From Bacilli bacterium (GTDB taxonomy: Bacteria; Bacillota_I; Bacilli_A; RFN20; CAG-288): a stretch of 64,000 nucleotides of DNA. Made by a program: the position numbers and the translations under genes. Of this stretch, positions 58,444 to 64,000 are shown in pieces (positions within the stretch are counted from its first letter, which is position 1; each line of letters begins with the position of its first letter). Under the pieces are notes generated by a model. The model saw only the letters and a list, made by a program, of their open reading frames with translations. It was not told the DNA's origin and ran no database searches. Location: the NCBI GenBank assembly GCA_041670045.1, contig JBAXZY010000001.1:12213-76212 (forward strand), written 5' to 3'.

Positions 58444-60606
58444 CTAATCCTTCTTAACACTAGTCTTATGAGAGATAAAGATATTGACTGATAAAGAATT
58501 GATGATGGCCATACGGATATAGAAGCCACTCTTTTCCACATTGCCGGAATCATTGAAAACCAAATTGACATAGTCATTGAAACTATAGACGAAGGATTTC
58601 TTGGAAGGATTAAAGATAACAAACATCGTGAAATCATTGAAATTATAGTTGATCTTCACCGATCCTTCAGGAAGATTTTCAAAGGTAATATTAGTAGCTA
58701 AATTATCATATTCACTATCTGGTAAAGTATAAAATCTCTTAACAAATTTGACGGCATCGCAAAAGAAATAATAGAGATTCTTCCTACTATTCAGCAATGA
58801 ATAATCAAAGCCGTTTACTTTATCACCGGAATTATAGGAATTTGCAAGGCCGCCCTTTGAGTGACCGATTTCCTGTCCTTCATGAAAGAACGGAATACCA
58901 CAGGCTAATAAGACAGCCATGTTGCACATCTTGATTCTCTTTAAGATTTCTTCCGGCTTATCATCAACGCAGCAAGAAGTCAATTTATCAAAAAGGGTAT
59001 TGTTATCATGGCATTCCACATAATTGACAGATTGACCAGGCTCTGTAAACATCGGTGGGAAAGCCAAAGCTACTGAGGATCCTAAAAAGACGTGTTTAAA
59101 GCCATCAAGATAATTGACATCACCTGAAAGATAGCCTTTGACTAATATTTCGGATCCAGAGCTTTTTCCTTTAACGACATCACGGAAACGGTCGTTGAAG
59201 AAAGAGCAGAAAGGTAATTTGTCAGCATTGAAGTAACTGCCTTTCTGATCAGCGGGAAGATTAGTCCACAAATCCCAGCCTTCACCATAGAACATAATGT
59301 TAGGCTTGATTTTCTTTAAAGTGTCATAAGCTAATTTCAAAGTATCAACATCAATGATTCCCATCAAATCAAAACGGAAACCATCGACATCATAGAAATC
59401 AATGAAATGAACTAAGCAGTCCACAATCAGTTTTCGGACCATATAGTTGCGGCTTTCAATGTCATTGCCACAGCCAGAGCCATTAGATAAAGTCTGATCA
59501 CCGTTATAACGGAATGTATACTGAGGGACTAAAACGGATAAAGAATTATAGGGTTCCGAGAAAACGTGATTGAAGACCATATCTAAATTGACACGCAAAC
59601 CTTTTTGATGAAGAGAGCCTATCAATTCACGTAATTCCAAAACTCTTTCATAAGGATCATTCGGGTCAGTGCAGTAACTGCCTTCTGGAGCAAAGAAGAA
59701 AGCAGGATCGTAGCCCCAGTTATAGGAATTGCTAGGATGATCATCATCAATGGTCTGGAAATCATAGACGGGCTGCAACTGAACATGAGTCACGCCTAAA
59801 GAAGCTAAATAATCTAATCCGATAGGTTCATTGGTCTTAGTCTTATAACCAGTCTGACTCAAGCCTTTATAAGTGCCTTTATCAGGAATCGAAGTAAGAC
59901 TAGTCATATCTCTGACATCACATTCATAGATAATTGATTTCATCCTATCCGAAAAAGCCGGTAAACAATCATCGAAGGTCAGAACCTTTTTGACTCTCTC
60001 AGGATTAATGACAAAAGCATGCTGTGAATTGCTGTCTAAGGAATAGGCATATGGATCAACTATCTCCTGAGTCTTGCCAAAGACCGTGACTGAATAAGTA
60101 TAACGGGCTTCATCTAAATCACCAGTCACTGTCAAGGAGAAGACACCGGTATTCATATCATGAACTAGATTAAGGCATTCATCGATAGAAGAGCCTTTTC
60201 TTTTTAGATTAAGAACAATCCTAGTAGCAAAAGGAGAGAAAACCCGGAAAATGGTTTTATCAGAGGCATAAATCGCCCCTAATTGCCCATCATAACGGTA
60301 TTTTGCTTCAAATTCCTTCGTTCTGCCTAAGAAGCCAATATCAACCGGAACTGAGAAATTATGGGGAGTGAGAAGAGTATAGCTAAGTCCAGGAACGTAA
60401 TTGATTCCTTTGACGACAACCGTATAAATATAACTGGATGTCGATTCACTCATACTTACCGGAGTCACCTGGCAGAGATATTTGCCATTTTCGTATAAAT
60501 TGAAATACTTCAAAGCAAAGGAAGAGAAATCCTTGTTCACATATACTTCAATGACATTGCTGCTTTTGGCCGTGGCCTGAATTAAAGCTTTTTCCATTTT
60601 GATCAA
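58444..60606 (-). CDS. pulA: Type I pullulanase/glycogen-debranching enzyme (GH13)
   Basis: 'YNWGYDP' is the type I pullulanase signature. 'GFRFDLM', 'GEGWD' and 'YVECHDN' are GH13 conserved regions II, III and IV. Confidence 0.85.
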   Translation of the reverse strand: MIKMEKALIQATAKSSNVIEVYVNKDFSSFALKYFNLYENGKYLCQVTPVSMSESTSSYIYTVVVKGINYVPGLSYTLLTPHNFSVPVDIGFLGRTKEFEAKYRYDGQLGAIYASDKTIFRVFSPFATRIVLNLKRKGSSIDECLNLVHDMNTGVFSLTVTGDLDEARYTYSVTVFGKTQEIVDPYAYSLDSNSQHAFVINPERVKKVLTFDDCLPAFSDRMKSIIYECDVRDMTSLTSIPDKGTYKGLSQTGYKTKTNEPIGLDYLASLGVTHVQLQPVYDFQTIDDDHPSNSYNWGYDPAFFFAPEGSYCTDPNDPYERVLELRELIGSLHQKGLRVNLDMVFNHVFSEPYNSLSVLVPQYTFRYNGDQTLSNGSGCGNDIESRNYMVRKLIVDCLVHFIDFYDVDGFRFDLMGIIDVDTLKLAYDTLKKIKPNIMFYGEGWDLWTNLPADQKGSYFNADKLPFCSFFNDRFRDVVKGKSSGSEILVKGYLSGDVNYLDGFKHVFLGSSVALAFPPMFTEPGQSVNYVECHDNNTLFDKLTSCCVDDKPEEILKRIKMCNMAVLLACGIPFFHEGQEIGHSKGGLANSYNSGDKVNGFDYSLLNSRKNLYYFFCDAVKFVKRFYTLPDSEYDNLATNITFENLPEGSVKINYNFNDFTMFVIFNPSKKSFVYSFNDYVNLVFNDSGNVEKSGFYIRMAIINSLSVNIFISHKTSVKKD

Positions 60607-60948
60607 TTATTTATTACAATCTTCCTCATATAATATCACAATCGCCCCGGCTTCTTCGTCGTGAGTTAAGGAAACAAACGATTTTGTAGGCAAACCATTC
60701 AAATAAAGACTTGGCTTTCCAGTTTCATCTTCCCGGATTTCAAGACAGCGATAGTCGACTTGTTTATCACCGCTGGCTTTGACATAACTTTCTTTGACCG
60801 CAAAACGTGAAGCTAGAAAAGAGGCTTGATCATGAGAATGAAGGTATTCCTGATATTCAGACTCAGAAAGAACTCTTTTAGCCAATTCTTTTTGTCCTTC
60901 ATATCGAGAAATCTTTGCTAGATCAATACCAACTCCAACAATCCTCAT
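60607..60948 (-). CDS. acpS: Holo-[acyl-carrier-protein] synthase
   Basis: 'MRIVGVGIDLAKISR' is the AcpS N-terminus. The protein is 113 aa. Confidence 0.85.
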   Translation of the reverse strand: MRIVGVGIDLAKISRYEGQKELAKRVLSESEYQEYLHSHDQASFLASRFAVKESYVKASGDKQVDYRCLEIREDETGKPSLYLNGLPTKSFVSLTHDEEAGAIVILYEEDCNK

Positions 60949-62192
60949 ACGTGCTCCAATAATGAAGTAGCCTTAGGCAGAGTCGAAATCGCACTAGTGA
61001 ATTCTTTCATCGTCGAATATTTCATCTTCGAAATAGAATCCACCATGCTCGTATAGGGAATATTATTTGAGTAAGCAGCAGCAAAGTTTGAAACAGCGGT
61101 CTTAGGAACAGCTAAGTACTTTAAAGCTGTGCAGTAATAGTTATTGCTGACACGGGAGAGATCTTCACGGCTGTACCGCTTCTCTAAAGCAGAGAGATAA
61201 TCAGTTAAAAAGATTCCTAAGCGGTTCTTGTCTGAGCATTTCATAGTTAAGAGAATAAAAGCATCCTCGTCTCCTTGCAACAATTTTGCTTCTAAAAGAT
61301 CTCCGTTTATGCCTCTTAGGCCATTTAGGAAGTTATTGTTGGAAGTGAATAAGAGAGGCAAAAGCAATTCATACATTGAGAAAGAAAGGACGCCATAATC
61401 TTCATATACTTTCTCTCTCTTTGGAAGCTTAATCCCTAAAGACATGACATCATAAGGATAGGGTAAATGCAATGTCCTGTTGAAGTGAGCTACCTGAGAA
61501 TAGTCTTCCTGATATTCAAGTTTCTTGTTGTAGGTAGTAGTAAAGCTAGGCACACGCAATTTACTGACCTGATCAATGACTTCGCCTGGACGGAAGTCTC
61601 CGGAAATGATCAGAGTCATATGACTGGCGGAATAATATTTGGTTTGGAATTTCTTCAAAGCGGAAGCATGAATAACCTTGGCCTGTTCCTCATTAGGAAT
61701 GAAACCTAACTTAATAGGAGATTCGCTGAAAAGATTTTCAACACAGGTCATCTTAGTAAGAATAAAAGGATTATGTGAGCGGTTAAAGAATAAAGAAGCA
61801 TTCACTTTCTTGAATTCTTCGACATCCATTTCATTGAAATCGAAAGAACAGATTTTATCTAAAACAACCTTTAAAGCCTTAAAAACATCTCCTAAGGTAT
61901 CAAGAGTAAAACAGGTGGAAGAATAATCCAAAGTACTGTCACCAATGACAGCCATTTCCTTCAATTCATCCTTAGTCTTCTCCGACATAATCATCTTTTC
62001 TAAGAAATAAGCGGATCCGAAGGGAATCTTGCTGGAATTGATTTCCTCATCATGAGAAAAGCCACCTTGCCCAACATAGATCAAAGCACTCTTCAGCTGA
62101 CTTTTGCGGGGGATGAAAATTACATTCAGACCATTAGCCAGTTTCTGCTCATAGAAAGGACAGCCCATGTGTCCTAAATCATTTTTGATCAT
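60945..62192 (-). CDS. M16 (pitrilysin)-family peptidase-like protein with a degenerate zinc motif (YmfF/YmfH-like pair member)
   Basis: It has the M16 fold at the HxxEH position, but the motif reads 'YFLEKMIM', so both His are lost. It follows ftsK as ymfF/ymfH do in Firmicutes. Confidence 0.55.
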   Translation of the reverse strand: MIKNDLGHMGCPFYEQKLANGLNVIFIPRKSQLKSALIYVGQGGFSHDEEINSSKIPFGSAYFLEKMIMSEKTKDELKEMAVIGDSTLDYSSTCFTLDTLGDVFKALKVVLDKICSFDFNEMDVEEFKKVNASLFFNRSHNPFILTKMTCVENLFSESPIKLGFIPNEEQAKVIHASALKKFQTKYYSASHMTLIISGDFRPGEVIDQVSKLRVPSFTTTYNKKLEYQEDYSQVAHFNRTLHLPYPYDVMSLGIKLPKREKVYEDYGVLSFSMYELLLPLLFTSNNNFLNGLRGINGDLLEAKLLQGDEDAFILLTMKCSDKNRLGIFLTDYLSALEKRYSREDLSRVSNNYYCTALKYLAVPKTAVSNFAAAYSNNIPYTSMVDSISKMKYSTMKEFTSAISTLPKATSLLEHV

Positions 62193-63331
62193 TACTTGTT
62201 GCCTTTCTGTTTAAAAGCCGTAAAGATAGCAAGCTGTTTCAAAGAAGAAACAAGCTTCTTGGCTTCTTCAATTGTGACATCCGGTTCAGTAAAGAAGGTT
62301 TCATCCTGAAGGTGGAAATCCTGAAGCAAAATCAATTTACTGATAGCTGCATTGACATCCATTGCTAATCGAACCTGATCGAGTTTTTCATCCTGAATGG
62401 CTTTAGCAAAATATGAATCCAGGTTGAGATTCTTCAGTTCCTTGATGATCAAATCATAGTTTAGAGAAAGGCGAGAACCGGAAGAGGTGATTTCAAAGAA
62501 TGCCTGATTTGGATTAATAAAATGGTAATAGCAATTAACCTGAAGATTGAAATGTTCTAGGAAATAATCCTGAGTAGCTGATTTCAATACTTTAAAAGCA
62601 ATCTGAGTCATTAATAATGTCTTACTGTCTTTAATGGCATCAAAGGAGTAGACAAAGCCAATATCCTCATTGACAAAATTGCCAGAAGTCACTGATTCAC
62701 TAGTAACCGCATAGGAACTATTCAAGTCAGAAAAATCGGTATCAAACTGGGGGAGCAAGGCTAAAACATCACTCTTAGGCTCCTGTCCTAAGAAAATATA
62801 AGTGCCGCAGCTTGATTTCTTGATGGTCTCAAGCAAAAGGCTTTCATCATCCATAGTCAGGTCATGAAGAAGCTTTTCATCTAGAATCGGAAAGCAATGA
62901 GGTAAGTTCAGTGTGCCCTCTAAAAAAGAAGAGGAATCTTTATTGTATAAGTGAGCGACATCTAAGACTCGAGCCTTGGCAGTCTCAAAATTCTTCTCTT
63001 CTTTTTTGAATCCAAGTTCAAAGACATCATTGAAAATAGTTAATCCCTTTTTATATGGATCCGAAAAAATAAAGTTCAGGGACTTATTCTGAGCCTGAGA
63101 TAAACGGCCTTCTAGAACATATCCGGAAGCAAAACTGTAAGCAAAGAAAGTCAGTTTTCCGCCGGCATAGCTTTCCAGTAACTTCTTATCCTGATAGCAG
63201 GGTGAAAGATTAAGAAGCTGAGCTAACAAAGCTAATTTCTCGAAATCCGTGTCTTCTCTTTTTAAATAGACTCGTTTGATTATGACTCTCTGACCATAGC
63301 CTTCTGTGAATAGCACTCGATTGTCGTTCAT
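62192..63331 (-). CDS. M16-family peptidase-like protein, non-catalytic partner
   Basis: 379 aa with no HxxEH. It is translationally coupled to the downstream M16-like gene and to ftsK. Confidence 0.5.
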   Translation of the reverse strand: MNDNRVLFTEGYGQRVIIKRVYLKREDTDFEKLALLAQLLNLSPCYQDKKLLESYAGGKLTFFAYSFASGYVLEGRLSQAQNKSLNFIFSDPYKKGLTIFNDVFELGFKKEEKNFETAKARVLDVAHLYNKDSSSFLEGTLNLPHCFPILDEKLLHDLTMDDESLLLETIKKSSCGTYIFLGQEPKSDVLALLPQFDTDFSDLNSSYAVTSESVTSGNFVNEDIGFVYSFDAIKDSKTLLMTQIAFKVLKSATQDYFLEHFNLQVNCYYHFINPNQAFFEITSSGSRLSLNYDLIIKELKNLNLDSYFAKAIQDEKLDQVRLAMDVNAAISKLILLQDFHLQDETFFTEPDVTIEEAKKLVSSLKQLAIFTAFKQKGNK

Positions 63332-64000
63332 TGGTTTTCCTCCATCGGCATTCGTTTAGTAACCACGTATTTTCCGCCCTGAGCCTGCATGATGATGCCT
63401 TCCTGAAGCATCCTGACTAAGAAGGTATCGACTTTGGAATATGTCAGAGCAAAGTTACGCATCAGTTTGGATTTAGCAACGATTCCCGTCTTCATCACGA
63501 ATTCTTTGACATCCGCATATAAGTCTTCACTAGTCTTGGCATCTCCGACTGTGGCATCCTCTTTCTTGACTTCCAAATCCAGGAAAGCGGGATTATAGGA
63601 AGGAGCACCAGCCTGCTGCTTAAGATAAGTAAGAACTTTTTCCATATCGGAATTAGAGATAAAGGGCGACTGAGCACGGATCAAAGCTTTCTTGCCTGGA
63701 CATTTGAAGAGCAAATCACCTTTGCCTAACAAAGTCTCAGCCCCGTTTTCATCCAAGATGACACGGCTATCCACATAAGTGGAGCAGGATAAGCCAATAC
63801 GGCAGGCTATATTAGCTTTGATGACCATCGGAATGACATGCTTGTCAGGACGCTGAGTAGCAATAATCAAATAGATACCAGCCGCTCGAGCCTTCTGGGT
63901 AAGACGCTGAACATAGTCAGCTACCTCATCGCCGGAGGTCTGCATCAAATCAGCGAATTCATCAATGACACAGACAATGTCTGGGAGTTCTTCCATCTGA
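63328..64000 (-). CDS. ftsK: DNA translocase FtsK/SpoIIIE, C-terminal part (gene continues beyond the window end)
   Basis: 'VIDEFADLMQ', 'RLTQKARAAGIYLIIATQRP' and the winged-helix gamma-domain-like C-terminus are present. Confidence 0.85.
   Translation of the reverse strand, partial: QMEELPDIVCVIDEFADLMQTSGDEVADYVQRLTQKARAAGIYLIIATQRPDKHVIPMVIKANIACRIGLSCSTYVDSRVILDENGAETLLGKGDLLFKCPGKKALIRAQSPFISNSDMEKVLTYLKQQAGAPSYNPAFLDLEVKKEDATVGDAKTSEDLYADVKEFVMKTGIVAKSKLMRNFALTYSKVDTFLVRMLQEGIIMQAQGGKYVVTKRMPMEENQ

Noticed and set aside
1-64000. CRISPR arrays, rRNA/tRNA genes, IS elements, transposases or integrases, and prophage genes
   Set aside because: No regularly spaced short repeats, no tRNA-like cloverleaf candidates in the intergenic regions inspected, and no ORF with DDE or tyrosine-recombinase motifs were seen.

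Overview
This 64-kb window is a low-GC chromosomal segment that looks like it comes from Firmicutes, possibly an Erysipelotrichia or Mollicutes-related lineage. It uses the standard code 11: TGA is a genuine stop (hrcA at 318-320, the AraC-type gene at 10899-10901), and the long uninterrupted ORFs rule out code 4 or 25. Coding density is high and there are no rRNA or tRNA genes, CRISPR arrays or transposases.

Core blocks:
- Heat-shock operon: hrcA (3' end), grpE, dnaK, dnaJ.
- The conserved Firmicutes translation/cell-cycle cluster rsmB-like, rlmN, stp (PP2C), pknB-like kinase, rsgA, rpe, X, with a divergent rpmB, plus rpmF.
- Glycogen genes glgC, glgD, glgA.
- A ftsK (3' end), M16-like, M16-like, acpS, pulA, plsC-like block.
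- Phosphoketolase, adhE, an M29 aminopeptidase, and GH2 and GH3 glycosidases.

Accessory content:
- A three-gene MukFEB-ordered SMC-like operon (495 aa, then 291 aa, then a 1211-aa MukB/MksB/JetC-type ATPase), i.e. MksBEF/Wadjet-like but with no JetD/MksG Toprim nuclease gene at either end. This is the most system-like element in the window.
- A decayed restriction-modification locus: an MvaI/BcnI-like PD-(D/E)XK endonuclease gene broken by two in-frame stops, next to an intact HTH-fused amino-methyltransferase.
- A family of surface lipoproteins with Ser-rich linkers after the lipobox. One is a tandem-module lipoprotein, one carries a SGNH esterase domain, and two are frameshifted.
- A 2.7-kb block of hypothetical genes bracketed by ~70-bp direct repeats.
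- An AraC-type regulator, a PF06580-type two-component system, and an APH-like kinase.

All functional calls rest on motif recognition by eye. No database searches were run.
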